From: Longimicrobiales bacterium | GTDB lineage: Bacteria > Gemmatimonadota > Gemmatimonadetes > Longimicrobiales > Gaopeijiaceae | Direction of reading: 5' to 3' | DNA: 64,000 nucleotides | Assembly (NCBI GenBank): GCA_965198065.1 | Contig: CBDAON010000004.1 | Span: 1,312,001-1,376,000 of the forward strand | Shown here: positions 48,546 through 59,254 of the stretch, one piece after another | How positions within the stretch are numbered: position 1 is the first letter of the stretch | Layout: every line of letters starts with the position of its first letter | Notes under the pieces: generated by a model | Told to the model about the DNA's origin: nothing | The model's database searches: none | The model's input: only the letters and a program-made list of their open reading frames with translations | Translations under genes and position numbers: made by a program

Positions 48546-49370
48546 CTACAGGATGCTATCCATGATCCCGCGAGCAATGTCGAGAGACGCCTGGTCCCTG
48601 TCAGGCCACTGTGTGATCGGGATACCATCCTCTGGTAGCCCTTGCAGCTCGCCGAAAGGCGTGACGTTCCAATCACAAGCGCGCAGGACCACAGGAATAA
48701 CTCGAGCCGTGCCATCCCTGTGTCGGCGAAGAGCGATCTCACCTTCGACTTCGTAGCAATATCGAGATGCCAGAAAGTCAGGACTCATGAAAAGTAGGAT
48801 AACGTGAGCCTGCTCGATCCTCTCGTCGACCTCGGTTCGCCATTCGTCGCCCGCAGGAATCATCCGGTCGTGCCATTTCACGATCTCACCAAGGCGTTCG
48901 CGCACTACGAGTTGCAGCCGGACCACGTCCATTAGCGCTTCATCTTCATGCGTGTAGGAGAAGAAGATCTCGATGGGGCGTGCCGCAATGGGCGGCTGAG
49001 GGGCACCGCGCTGAGGAGGAGACGCCGCCAGTTGGCGCTCCGACGGCGGCGGATCGAGCGCTAGCAATCGGGTCGCGATAGCCCTGCAGCGCTCGGCCCC
49101 AGTGTGCCCCGGCCTGTAGGACTCAGCGTACTCGACCAGTTCACGGAGGATCTCCCCCACTAGCTGATCTGGCGCACGATCCCAGAAGCTTCGCATCCGG
49201 TTGGCCTTCGAGCCGCTATGCCCCTCAAGATACGGAGCACCGTCGATGTCGACGTCGAAGTCCCGGAAAAAGTCAGCAAACGTCCGGTCACTGAAGTTCA
49301 AGACGTAGCCGCCACCCATCTCGAGAAACTCTTCGAGGACATTCTTTTCCCGAAACCTCAGCGATGCCAT
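48546..49370 (-). CDS. TIR-domain protein with AbiJ-like N-terminal domain
   Basis: GGYVLNFSDRTF..GSKANRMR N-terminus; IFFSYTHED, WHDRMI, SPDFLASRYCYEVE, IPVVLR. Confidence 0.88.
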   Translation of the reverse strand: MASLRFREKNVLEEFLEMGGGYVLNFSDRTFADFFRDFDVDIDGAPYLEGHSGSKANRMRSFWDRAPDQLVGEILRELVEYAESYRPGHTGAERCRAIATRLLALDPPPSERQLAASPPQRGAPQPPIAARPIEIFFSYTHEDEALMDVVRLQLVVRERLGEIVKWHDRMIPAGDEWRTEVDERIEQAHVILLFMSPDFLASRYCYEVEGEIALRRHRDGTARVIPVVLRACDWNVTPFGELQGLPEDGIPITQWPDRDQASLDIARGIMDSIL

Positions 49371-49582
49371 GCGGCTCCAACCGTCTTCATGGGACTCCTA
49401 ACTTAAGATTGTGCCGTTCAAGGCATGTCTTCTAACGTTCAGAGGTTGCCAGCGCGGCTCCGTCCGCGCTTCACCGGAGCGAACGTAGTGAGCGAAGGCG
49501 GCAACCGCATTGTTATCGGACGGCGCCACCTGATAGCCAACCGCACCGAAAAAGTGCGCGCTGATCCCACAGGGATTCTCGC

Positions 49583-50022
49583 TCACCTGCGGCTGGGCCA
49601 GAAACGTCTATCTGGGAACACGCTCTCCAGACGCTCGATCAGCGCGTCGGCGGCTCTGCTGGGACTGGGATACGATTCTCCGCCCATGGTGAAGCCAGCG
49701 TTTAGCCGCAGGTCCAATTGCTCGGTACCGACCAGTTCGGGGTCGGCACCAAGCGAGAAGACATCAACAACGGAGTCTCCGATCACCGATAAGCGGACTT
49801 CGGCGAGGCTAGGCGGGTTGCCATTCACCACGGGTCTTCGCGCCGCCTCGCGCGGGAGCAGAACTGCGATAGCCGTCACTGTCGGGTCCCGATCTGGCAC
49901 TATCACGGTTCGCCGAATCGGACTTACTTCGAAGCGAGAGGAACGCCCTCTCGCGAAGAGCTCCGATCTAAGTTCCTCAAGCGCTGCCGCATTTATCACC
50001 AAGTCGGATGGGTCTCGAGCTA
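49583..50022 (-). pseudogene. 3' part of a hypothetical gene truncated by IS256
   Basis: Open frame begins at the IS end at 50023 with no convincing start. Confidence 0.4.
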
Positions 50023-50357
50023 GGATCAAAGGGTGTGTAAAAAGAGAGGCGACGTACCTTTGCGCTGAGATTTAAAGCAGCGAGCCCGGGTGACAGCCCG
50101 GGGAAAGGAACGTCGCCTCATGAGAGAGGATATCGCGGGAGCCCAGGGTGCGTCCAGCAGGCCGATGTGGGAGACGCTCGAGGGGATGGTTCGGGAGAAG
50201 GCGCAGGAGTTCATCCAACAGATCATGGAGGAGGAAGTGACGGAGTTGTTAGGCCGGGAGAAGTCAGAGCGCAGGAGTACGGTGGACTCGGCCGAGGGCT
50301 ACCGCAACGGATATGGCAAGCCGAGGCGGTTGGCGATGAGCTCGGGCACGATCACGC
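50023..50357 (+). mobile_element. IS256-family 5' remnant
   Basis: End GGATCAAAGGGTGTGTAAAAAG; EEEVTELLGREKSER..YRNGY..R. Confidence 0.85.
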
Positions 50358-50764
50358 CATGGACCGACAACGAATCCGAACACGAGACGAGAAAATCGCG
50401 GATCGATCCACGCACGAATCGACCTACTTTCGCCAGAGAGCATCCGGCGATGGGGAACCATGGCTGCGAGAGAGATGGTCTGCCATGCCGCCGATCAGCT
50501 AAGGGTCGCACTCGGCGATCTCAAGTTACATGCAGGACCGCTCCGGCTCAGATTCAGCGGTCGGGAAGTAAAGGTGACACCGGGGCTCCTCAGGTTCAGA
50601 TCCTTTCGACGGGGCCTGGGTCGGAAGGCTTCCCCGTCAAGCGGACCACGCATAGTTGGACTCCGGCGCTAGTGTTCGCGCGCGCTTTCTTCGCTCCACG
50701 GGGACGCTCGGGCGATTGATCTCTGCGGATATTAGTCGCGCCGTGTTGAGACAAAGACGGCAGA

Positions 50765-52000
50765 TCAACGGACCGGTTCGGCCTCCGGGTCGCGACTCTT
50801 GTCGGCCAGGTACGCAGCCCAATCGTCCATGAGCCGACGTCGGCGCTCGAACAGGTCAGTGCGCCGATAGGCCGCCTCGACCCTGTTCTGGACGACATGC
50901 GCCAAGGCTGCCTCGATGACCTCGCGCGGGTGGTCCGTCTCCTCGGCTGCCCAATCGCGGAAGCTGGAGCGAAACCCGTGCGGCACGGCCGCGATCCCGT
51001 GCTTCCCGAGCATCCGGCGCAGTTGCTTCTCCTCGAGCTGCTTGCCGAGCCGATTGGGAAACAGATACGGACTGGTTCCCTTCACCAGCGTCCGTGCCCC
51101 GTCCAGAATCTCCAGTGCACGACCACACAGCGGTACCCGGTGCTCGCGGTTCGCCTTCGTCCGCCTGGCCGGGACAGTCCACACACCCTCGTCCCGATCA
51201 ATCTCGGTCCATTCGGCCCACCGCACCTCACCCCATCGTGCCGCCGTCAGCACCAGGAACTCGAACGCCAGCCGGACGGCCAGCGGCACCGTTGATGCCC
51301 GCGCAGTCTGGATGGCCGCGGCCACCTCGCGATGCGGCAGCGCCCGCATGTGCTGCACGACGTCACGCTGTGGACCCAGGACCGGGTCGATCCGGTCACA
51401 GGGGTTGTCGATCCGGAACTCCATCGCCACCGCCCACTCCAACACCGCGCGGATGCGCTGCCGCAACCGCCGGGCGGTGTCCGCCTTCGTGTGCCAGATG
51501 GGAGCGAGGATCTCCAGCACGTCGGCGCTAGTGACCTCCGAGACCGGCATCTTCCCGATGCGCGGGAAGGCGTACCGCTCGAAGGTCAAGATCCACTCGC
51601 GGCCGTGCGCCCGATTTCGCCAGCCGGCTTGCTTCTGTTCTACCACACGCGCGGTGGCTTCGGCGAAGCTCGGCACACCCTCCGCACGACGCTTCTCGGC
51701 AAGCGGGTCGCCACCCTCGCGGGCCAGCTTACGGTTGGCCAGCGCCTTTTCCCGGGCCTCGGCGAGGGAGACCAGCGCGACGCTGCCGAGCCCGAGCTCG
51801 CGGCGCCGACCCCGGATGAGCAGGCGCTGAATCCAGCTTCGGGTTCCGCTCGGCTGGACGAAGAGGTACAACCCGTTGCCGTCCGCGTGTCTTCCAGGCG
51901 GGGCCGTGCGCACGAAGGCGGCCGACAGGGCCTTGTCTGGATGGCGGCCCTTGGGCTTGGTTTTCCGCGGCGGAGTGGCCTTGTTCGTTACAGTAACCAT
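50765..52000 (-). CDS. P4-like tyrosine integrase of element 3
   Basis: Same motifs as integrase 1, with long identical stretches; ATG at 52000 chosen from the conserved promoter. Confidence 0.95.
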   Translation of the reverse strand: MVTVTNKATPPRKTKPKGRHPDKALSAAFVRTAPPGRHADGNGLYLFVQPSGTRSWIQRLLIRGRRRELGLGSVALVSLAEAREKALANRKLAREGGDPLAEKRRAEGVPSFAEATARVVEQKQAGWRNRAHGREWILTFERYAFPRIGKMPVSEVTSADVLEILAPIWHTKADTARRLRQRIRAVLEWAVAMEFRIDNPCDRIDPVLGPQRDVVQHMRALPHREVAAAIQTARASTVPLAVRLAFEFLVLTAARWGEVRWAEWTEIDRDEGVWTVPARRTKANREHRVPLCGRALEILDGARTLVKGTSPYLFPNRLGKQLEEKQLRRMLGKHGIAAVPHGFRSSFRDWAAEETDHPREVIEAALAHVVQNRVEAAYRRTDLFERRRRLMDDWAAYLADKSRDPEAEPVR

Positions 52001-52006
52001 CCCCGC

Positions 52007-52035
52007 ATAATATAGGGGATGCAAGCGGATATCAA
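52007..52035 (-). promoter_or_regulatory. Sigma70-type promoter of integrase 3 (probably leaderless)
   Basis: TTGATA-17 bp-TATTAT, ATG 6 nt downstream. Confidence 0.7.
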
Positions 52036-52126
52036 TGGATGCTAAGTCGGAAGAATCCGCTAGGCTAGGTCAGTAACTCGTTGTTATAGAAGCTAGTTAT
52101 GGACTTAACTGGACGATACTGCACAC

Positions 52127-52153
52127 CGGTCCAGATAGTCTGCCCATTCCTGG
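52127..52153. repeat. att core, right end of element 3
   Basis: CGGTCCAGATAGTCTGCCCATTCCTGG. Confidence 0.85.
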
Positions 52154-52610
52154 GTCGTGCGTGGCTGCCCGAGCACCCGGCACGCTCTCCTCTCCGACGC
52201 CCCGAGCTGCTGACGTACACGCACCACACAACGTCGTCGGCCCTCGGGGCTCAGAAGTTTCCCTTGGCCGCTTCCTCCACGATCAGCTTGTCCAGTGTCA
52301 AGTCCGCCACTGCTCGCTTCAGGCGCCCGTTCTCGCGCTCGAGCTCCTTCAGGCGCCGTGCCTGGCTCACCTTCATCCCGCCGTACTCCCGCCTCCACCG
52401 GTAGTACGTCTGCTCGGTGATGCCGAGCTCCCCCCTGATCAGCTTCACGGATTTGCCGCCGGCCAGACCGACCTCTGCCTCCCGCACTGCAGTGATGATC
52501 TGCTCCGGAGTGTGTCGCTTCCTTCCCATCCTGACCTCCTCGCTGAAAAGCTTCGGACCAGCTCGATCCTAACATTGCACCTGGTCTCGTTTCAGGGGCT
52601 CAGGTCAATC
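52154..52610 (-). mobile_element. Truncated IS3-family element (orfA 52251-52529 intact, orfB cut off)
   Basis: MGRKRHTPEQII..TYYRWRREYGG..LKELERENGRLK; GGGAAAC at the orfA/B junction; end TGACCTGAGCCCC. Confidence 0.88.
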
Positions 52611-52756
52611 ACGTAGCCCGTCTTACGATCGACGAAGGTGAGGACGCAGTGCTTGTCGGAGCTTCCGATGAGGCCGGTGGTTCCTAGCGGTTGGGACGCG
52701 TTAGCTTCCGGGAGCATTCAGCCCCGGCGTCGTCTGGACCTTGAGAACCCGCTTCG

Positions 52757-54205
52757 ATGAACATTCCCTTCGACAACACCTACGCCCAGCTGCCAGAACG
52801 TTTTTTCGTCAAACAGGAACCCGCCCGTGTTCCGGAACCGAAGCTCATCCGCTTCAACCGCGAACTAGCGGCGAAGCTCTCGATCGACACCGACTGGCTG
52901 GAATCAGCCGACGGCGTCGCGACGCTCGCGGGCAATGCGATTCCCGAGGGTGCCGAGCCGATTGCACAAGCCTACGCTGGCCACCAGTTCGGTGGATTCT
53001 CGCCACAACTCGGCGACGGCCGCGCCATCCTTCTCGGCGAAGTCATCGACGCGGACGGCGCGCGTCACGATCTGCAGTTGAAGGGCTCAGGGCGCACGCC
53101 ATTCTCGCGCGGCGGCGATGGCAAATCTGCGCTCGGCCCGGTGATCCGCGAATACATCGTCAGCGAAGCCATGGCCGCGCTTGGGGTTCCCACAACCCGG
53201 GCGCTCGGCGCTGTTACCACCGGCGAAAGCGTCATACGCCCAGAAGGACCGCTCCTCGGCGCTGTGTTCACCCGCGTTGCCGCAAGTCACATTCGCGTCG
53301 GGACTTTCGAATATTTTCGCGCACGCAACGATATCGATGCCTTGCAACTGCTCGCCGATCATGCCATTGCCCGGCACTACTCGGAGGCCGCCGAAGCGAC
53401 AGATTCTTATGTGGCTTTGCTAGAGTCGGTCGCGGATGCCCAAGCGGATCTCATCGCCCAGTGGATGTCTCTCGGCTTCATCCACGGTGTGATGAACACG
53501 GACAATACCGCCATTTCCGGGGAGACGATCGACTACGGCCCGTGCGCGTTCATGGACGTCTTCCACGCACAGTGCGTCTTCAGCTCCATCGACTCCGGTG
53601 CGCGCTATTCCTGGGGCAACCAGCCCGACATCGGGCTCTGGAACCTCACCCGTTTCGCGGAAACCCTGCTGCCATTGTTGTCTGAGGATTTTGGTAAAGC
53701 GACGAAGATCGCCGAGGCCACTCTCTCCGGATATCCGAAGCGATTCGGCGGCCAATACCTCGCCTGCTTCCGCGCCAAACTCGGCCTCCCACCTGAGGCA
53801 CCAGTCGGGCTCATCAAGGAGTGTCTCGATCTACTGGGCGCCCAAGCGGTCGACTTCACACTCTTCTTCCGTCACCTCACACGTGTCGCCGGCGGAGAGG
53901 ACTCGAAAACGCTTGCGGCGATGTTTTCCAGCAGTGAGCCTTTTCAAAAATGGTTCGCCACATGGCGTAGCGAAGCCGACCCAGCCAAGCACCTCGCTCA
54001 CATGCGCGCTGCCAACCCCATCCTCATCCCGCGCAATCACCGCGTCGAGCAAGCCATCCAGAGCGCCTACGATGGTGACTTCGCGCCGTTCCACCGTCTC
54101 GTCGATGCGCTAGCAGCGCCCTACGCTGACCAGGTCGAATATGCTGATCTCGAAGCAGCACCGCGACCAGAAGAAGTCGTCCACGAAACTTTTTGTGGCA
54201 CGTAG
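52757..54205 (+). CDS. selO: Protein adenylyltransferase SelO/YdiU
   Basis: YAGHQFG, LGDGRA, LKGSGRTPFSR, HGVMNTDN, IDYGP, TFCGT. Confidence 0.95.
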   Translation: MNIPFDNTYAQLPERFFVKQEPARVPEPKLIRFNRELAAKLSIDTDWLESADGVATLAGNAIPEGAEPIAQAYAGHQFGGFSPQLGDGRAILLGEVIDADGARHDLQLKGSGRTPFSRGGDGKSALGPVIREYIVSEAMAALGVPTTRALGAVTTGESVIRPEGPLLGAVFTRVAASHIRVGTFEYFRARNDIDALQLLADHAIARHYSEAAEATDSYVALLESVADAQADLIAQWMSLGFIHGVMNTDNTAISGETIDYGPCAFMDVFHAQCVFSSIDSGARYSWGNQPDIGLWNLTRFAETLLPLLSEDFGKATKIAEATLSGYPKRFGGQYLACFRAKLGLPPEAPVGLIKECLDLLGAQAVDFTLFFRHLTRVAGGEDSKTLAAMFSSSEPFQKWFATWRSEADPAKHLAHMRAANPILIPRNHRVEQAIQSAYDGDFAPFHRLVDALAAPYADQVEYADLEAAPRPEEVVHETFCGT

Positions 54206-54470
54206 CGCGCCAGCATCTCCACTGGTTCTGGAATCCAACGCGGGCCTCTCAGTCATCCTCATCCTCTCCCGGCAGGAGCTTCTCTGCCAACTGTTCAAAA
54301 GGGTAGTGCTCCCGTTTACGGCGTTGAGGCCGCCCATCGCCGCGGATCGAATTTGAGGCAAGATCAACTGTGGTCCGATCTCCAGTGCCACCTGGCCCGC
54401 ATCGATCCTGCGGTTGATCGCGTTCGCAGCAAGCGGGGCATCGATCCATGACCACACCCAGAACCCGAAC

Positions 54471-55995
54471 GGTCAAGTCCCGAGTTGTGTGTAAAAGTGA
54501 GGGGAAGCTCCTCGATGCTTCGGTTAGGCTGCGTTGGCGACCTCCTTCGGTTCGAGAAGCGTGAGATCGAGGTAGCGGCGTTCGCTCCAGACCGCAGTAG
54601 TCCTCAGAGCAACCGCGGTGATGAGGCGGAGCGCACTGGCTCGGTCGGGGAAGGCGCCGGCGCTCCGGATCCGACGCTTGATCTCGGTGTGCAGGCGCTC
54701 GAGGCTGTTCGTGGTGCGTAGCCTGGCCCAGTGGGGCTCGGGGAACGCGTAGAACTGGGTGGCGGCCGTGAAGCCCCGCTCGAGCACCTTCATTGCCTCG
54801 GGGAGCTCCTCTTGCCAGCGCGTCGTGATCTCGGCCAGGCGCTTCTTCGCCTCAGCGAGCCCGGGGGCCCGGAAGACGGCGGCAACCTCGCGCGCCACAC
54901 GCTTGCGCAGGCGATGCGGGACCTTGGCCAGCACGTTGCGTTGCAGGTGCACGGTGCAGCGCTGGCGGCGCACCTCAGGCAGGAAGCGGCGCAGCGCAGC
55001 TGCCAGGCCCGCGTGCTCGTCGGCGATCACCAGTTCGACGCCGCTGAGACCTCGCTCCAGGAGCTGCTCGAGGAGCTCGGACCAACTGTCCTCTGACTCC
55101 TCAGGGCCTAGCGTGATGGCCAGGAGCCGGCGGTGACCGTCCGGATCCACCGCGTAGGCCACGAGCGCGCTCACGTTCTCGACCTTCCTGGCCCAGCGCG
55201 CATCGAGGAACGTCGCGTCCAGATACAGATAGGGGTGAGGCCCCTCGATGGGTGCGCTCCGCAGCGCTTCTACAGCCCCATCGAGCCGCTTCGTGACACA
55301 CCGCTCACGTAGGCCTCCACCATCATCTCGTCCACTTCTTCACTCCTGCGCCGGTAGCGGCCCATCACGTCGGCGGGCGAGCCGCCTTCCCGGCTGCGCG
55401 GCACCATCACGTCGATCTGACCCAAGCTCGTGAGCAGGCGCCTGAGGTACGTGCCGTTCCTGTGGTCCTTCCGGCTGCCGACCCGCTCGAAACGACGCGC
55501 TCCGACCATCGCTTTCAACTCCTCCTCCAGCACCTCCTCAGACGCCGAATCGAGGACTTCGACAACGGAGCCCCCTCGCCCAGCAGGCCTCTCATCGCAA
55601 GCTCGAAGTTCCCTTCCGCCAGACCGTGCAGGTACAGCTCCGGGAGCAGCGCACCCACCTCTTTGGTCCTCCGCAAGAACAGCGGCAGCACCCGGCTCTC
55701 GAACCGCTCCTCGAGTCCCCGAACCCTCGGACGCCTCACCGTGATCGTCCCCGAGCTCATCGCCAGCCGCCGCGGCTTGCCGTATCCGTTCCGATAGCCA
55801 GCAACCGCGTCCACAGCCCGCCTACGCTCCGACTTCTCACGGCCCAGCAGGCTTCCGTAACCTCCTCCTCCAAGATGCCCTGAATGAACTCCTGGGCCCG
55901 CTCCCGTACCCAACCCTCCAGCTCCTCCCACGTCGGCCGGCTGGACTCACTCCCCACTCCCGCGATATCCTCTCTTTTTACACACCTTTTGATCC
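54471..55995 (-). mobile_element. Chimeric, degraded IS256-family element (pieces of two transposases)
   Basis: Two YRNG/HRNG N-terminal pieces, YLYLDA, IADEHAGL, QRCTVHLQRN, RTTNSLER; ends GGTCAAGTCC and GGATCAAAAG. Confidence 0.88.
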
Positions 55996-56243
55996 TACCT
56001 CCCTCGTTCAAGGACATGGTATGTTGCCAGATTTTCCAAACATCAAGAGGAAGGTTGGCAGCCTGTTGAGGAGCCACGTCAAAGAGGAAATATTCAGGCG
56101 ATCGCCCATCCTAAAGCAGATCCACCAAACAGTCCAGCACGAGGGCTACGGAGGCACTTACAAGGATGATCTGACCCCCTAAAACGAGACCAAGTCCAGT
56201 TTTAGAATTCTGGACGGGTCGAGACGAGGGAAAGGAGGTCAGG

Positions 56244-56525
56244 ATGGCAGCGCCAAAGAACCTGAGCGCGGGACAGATCATCAACCAGCTACGCAAGGCG
56301 GAGGTGGCCCTGGCGAACGGGAAGAGGGTCAAGCAAGTGTGCCGTGAGCTGGGGGTGAGCGAGCAGACGTACTACCGATGGCGTAAGGAGTACGGGGGAA
56401 TGAAGGTGGGCCAGGCGAAGCGTCTGAAGGAGCTCGAGAAGCAAAACCAACGCCTGAAGCAGGCGGTGGCGGATCTGACGGTCGACAACCTGATTTTGAA
56501 GGAAGCCTCCAAGGGAAACTACTGA
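56244..56525 (+). CDS. IS3 transposase OrfA
   Basis: HTH plus leucine zipper, TYYRWRKEYGG. Confidence 0.9.
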   Translation: MAAPKNLSAGQIINQLRKAEVALANGKRVKQVCRELGVSEQTYYRWRKEYGGMKVGQAKRLKELEKQNQRLKQAVADLTVDNLILKEASKGNY

Positions 56526-57425
56526 GCCCCGAGTGGCGCAGGCGGTGCGTGGTGCACGTGCGGCAGCGGCTTGGGGTGAGCGAAAGGAAGGCGTGCCGGG
56601 TGTTGGGCCAGGCGCGCTCGACGCAGCGTCGGATCCCGAAGCGGAGGGAGGACGAGGAGGCGCTGAGACAGGACGTGGTGAAGGTGGCCCGACGGTTTGG
56701 ACGCTACGGGTACCGGATGGTGACGGGGATGCTGAGGACGGAGGGCTGGGCCGTGAACCACAAGCGGGTGGAGCGGATCTGGAGACAGGAGGGGCTCAAG
56801 GTGCCAAGTAAGCAGCCGAAACGAGGGAAGGCTGTGGCTGACCGACGGTTCTTGTATCCGACTGCGGCCCCTGTACCGACACCATGTATGGGCGTATGAC
56901 TTCGTGGCGGACCGGACGCATGATGGACGGCCGCTCAAGATGCTGACGGTGCTGGATGAGTACAGCCGGGAGTGCCTGGCGATCGTGGTGACTCGCAGGC
57001 TTCAGGCGGACGATGTTCTGCAGACGCTGAGCGAGCTGTTTGCCGAGCACGGTCCACCGGCGAATCTTCGCTCCGACAACGGTCCGGAGTTCACGGCCCG
57101 AGTGGTTCGGCAGTGGCTCGGTGAGCTAGGCGTGAAGACGCTGTTCATCGAGCCGGGCAGCCCGTGGGAGAACGGCTACAATGAGAGCTTTAACGGCACG
57201 CTCCGAAACGAGCTGCTAAAGCGCGAGATCTTCTGTTCGCTGCAGGAGGCGAAGGTGCTGATCGAGCAGTGGCGGCGCGAATACAACACCGTCCGACCCC
57301 ACAGCTCTCTGGGCTATCTACCGCCCGCTCCTGAAGCTATCCGACCCGACCCGAAGCTGCTCAACCTGCCCTTGCTACTCGGACCTCACCCCAGACAACA
57401 TGAGGCGGTTCGACTAACACTCTAG
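56522..57425 (+). pseudogene. IS3 transposase OrfB with an extra base near 56826
   Basis: RYGYR, VNHKRVER; then WAYDF, RSDNGPEF, SPWENGYNES in the shifted frame. Confidence 0.85.
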
Positions 57426-57560
57426 GTGGTACCACTTTGGGGGGCAGGTCAATAGGGCAAGCCCCCTGCCGATCGGCTCGCGGATGACGTCCTCGCGACC
57501 TGACGGCGGGCGCGGTGGGGGCCGTAGCCGTAGCGACCTGATCCTACTAGCGTGCATAGC

Positions 57561-57833
57561 ATGATAAACACGCTGGCGCTGATCTCCCAGAAGGGCAGGA
57601 GCGGAAAGACGACCCTGGCGCTTGCCCTCGCGGCGGCGCATGAGCGGGCGGGCGGACAGGCGGCGGTGCTGAACGCCTGTCCCCCTCGCGGCTCGTGGAC
57701 GGCCGAGGCGGTGCGCGGCTTCGGCTTGGCGCTGTGCCCCGTCACCCTCGGGGGTGCGAGTGGCACACGCGAAGGCGTTCACCCTCGGGCGCACGGCCCA
57801 GGAAGCGGAGCAGGATTCCCCGGCGGCCCGTGA
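57561..57833 (+). pseudogene. Internally deleted ParA-family ATPase
   Basis: SQKGRSGKTT Walker A joined directly to the C-terminal VLNACPPR segment. Confidence 0.7.
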
Positions 57834-57872
57834 GATTGAGGCCCTTTACCGATTCTGCATGGAGGCGGTGAC

Positions 57873-58091
57873 ATGACGAAAACCCTTGCCGACGCCATGC
57901 AGGCGGCGGCCGAACCGAAACCGGCGGCGAAGGGAACGCCCTCGCGGCGCGGGAAACGCGCCTGGGTGGTCTACCTGGACCCGACCACGGCCCGGCGCCT
58001 GAAGGCGATCGCGGCGCTCAACGACCGGAGTCTCCAGTCCTTCGGGGAGGAAGCGGCGGACCTGCTGATCGAGCGGTACGGTACGCGCTAG
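57873..58091 (+). CDS. Ribbon-helix-helix (ParG-like) protein
   Basis: GGAGG RBS; SRRGKR..YLDP..RRLKAIAA; directly downstream of parA. Confidence 0.7.
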   Translation: MTKTLADAMQAAAEPKPAAKGTPSRRGKRAWVVYLDPTTARRLKAIAALNDRSLQSFGEEAADLLIERYGTR

Positions 58092-58207
58092 CGTTCATAG
58101 CATGCTTGACGGGGGCACGCGCCGTAGCCGGGCACGCGAGTCCGCCCCCTCGAGACACAAACGCAGGCAACCCAAGACGTTCAAGACGTTCAAATAGGAG
58201 ATCCATC

Positions 58208-59254
58208 ATGCGTACGGTGTGCAGTGCTCTGTTGGTGCTCGTGCTCGTCGCGACCCCATGGCATGCGACCGCCGCACAGGAGCGGGGGACCATCGAGCTC
58301 GGGGCGCTGGGCCACTTCAGTAACCTCGACAAAGATGTAGGGCTGGGAGACACCTCGTTCGGTGTCGGCGGGCGCGTTGGGTTCTTCCCTGTGCGGTGGC
58401 TCGCGCTCGAGGGCGAGTATAGCCCAGGCACGCTCGAGGACATGGGGCGCAATGCAGGGTCGTGGCACCCATTCCGCGCGCTGGCCGTCTTGAACCTCCC
58501 GGTGACGCGTCACGTGACACTCTTGGCTGGCGCCGGATACAAGGGGGAGATCTGGAAGGACGACGCGACCTACAACGAGTTCGAGGGAGGAGCAACCGTT
58601 CTCGGTGGGTTACGCGTTTGTTTCGGCCGCGGGTGGTCGATACGCCCTGAGGTCATTGTCGACCACAATCCGTATCCCAACTTCCAATCGGTCGGTGGGA
58701 ACTCGAATTACCTCGGTTTCCGAATCGGGGTGAGCCGCTTCTTCCGGCGGGGACTCGAGACGTGCTCGGGAGCGTCGTTTGCGCCCGCGCCGACCCAAGC
58801 CGCTGCCCCGGCTCCAGCCGCTGCCCCGGCTCCGGCCGCTGCACCACCACCTCAACCTGCCGCGCCGCCTCGGCCAGTCGCGGCTTCGCCTGCTCCCGCC
58901 CAGCCGCCCCGGGAGATGTTCCGGCTCAACGGTGTCCTCTTCGACTTCGACCGCGCGACGCTTCGACCTGAAGGGCGCGCCCTCCTCGATTCGGCGATGT
59001 CGCTGCTGAATGCCGAGGCCGGAATCCGGGTCGAGATCCAGGGTCACACGGACCCGATCGGCACGGACGCGTACAACGAAGGTCTCTCGCTCCGGAGGGC
59101 GAACGCCGTCCGGGACCATCTGATCTCGCGAGGCATCGCGGCGTCGCGCATGACCACGCGCGCCTTCGGGGAGTCACAGCCCGTTGCCGACAACGACACG
59201 GCGGCCGGGCGACAGCAGAATCGCCGTGTCGTGGTGATTGAGATCACGAACTAG
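58208..59254 (+). CDS. OmpA-family protein (beta-barrel, Pro/Ala linker, peptidoglycan-binding domain)
   Basis: FDFDRATL, IQGHTD, NEGLSLRRANAV, NRRV. Confidence 0.92.
   Translation: MRTVCSALLVLVLVATPWHATAAQERGTIELGALGHFSNLDKDVGLGDTSFGVGGRVGFFPVRWLALEGEYSPGTLEDMGRNAGSWHPFRALAVLNLPVTRHVTLLAGAGYKGEIWKDDATYNEFEGGATVLGGLRVCFGRGWSIRPEVIVDHNPYPNFQSVGGNSNYLGFRIGVSRFFRRGLETCSGASFAPAPTQAAAPAPAAAPAPAAAPPPQPAAPPRPVAASPAPAQPPREMFRLNGVLFDFDRATLRPEGRALLDSAMSLLNAEAGIRVEIQGHTDPIGTDAYNEGLSLRRANAVRDHLISRGIAASRMTTRAFGESQPVADNDTAAGRQQNRRVVVIEITN

Larger units (their letters stand above)
42111..52153. mobile_element. Satellite integrative element 3 with candidate defence cargo
   Basis: 27-bp direct repeats, AT-rich inner ends, integrase closely related to integrase 1. 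Confidence 0.8.
56167..57451 (+). mobile_element. IS3-family insertion sequence, full length
   Basis: Imperfect terminal IRs TGATCTGACCCCC / TGACCTGCCCCCC; orfA plus orfB. Confidence 0.92.

Noticed and set aside
44601..49370. Canonical Thoeris, CBASS or Pycsar system
   Set aside because: No ThsA, CD-NTase or cyclase gene recognisable
54180..54205. Selenocysteine read-through in selO
   Set aside because: Ends TFCGT with a TAG stop; no in-frame TGA
58790..58910. Tandem GCTGCCCCGGCTCC repeats
   Set aside because: They encode the ordinary Pro/Ala linker of the OmpA-family protein
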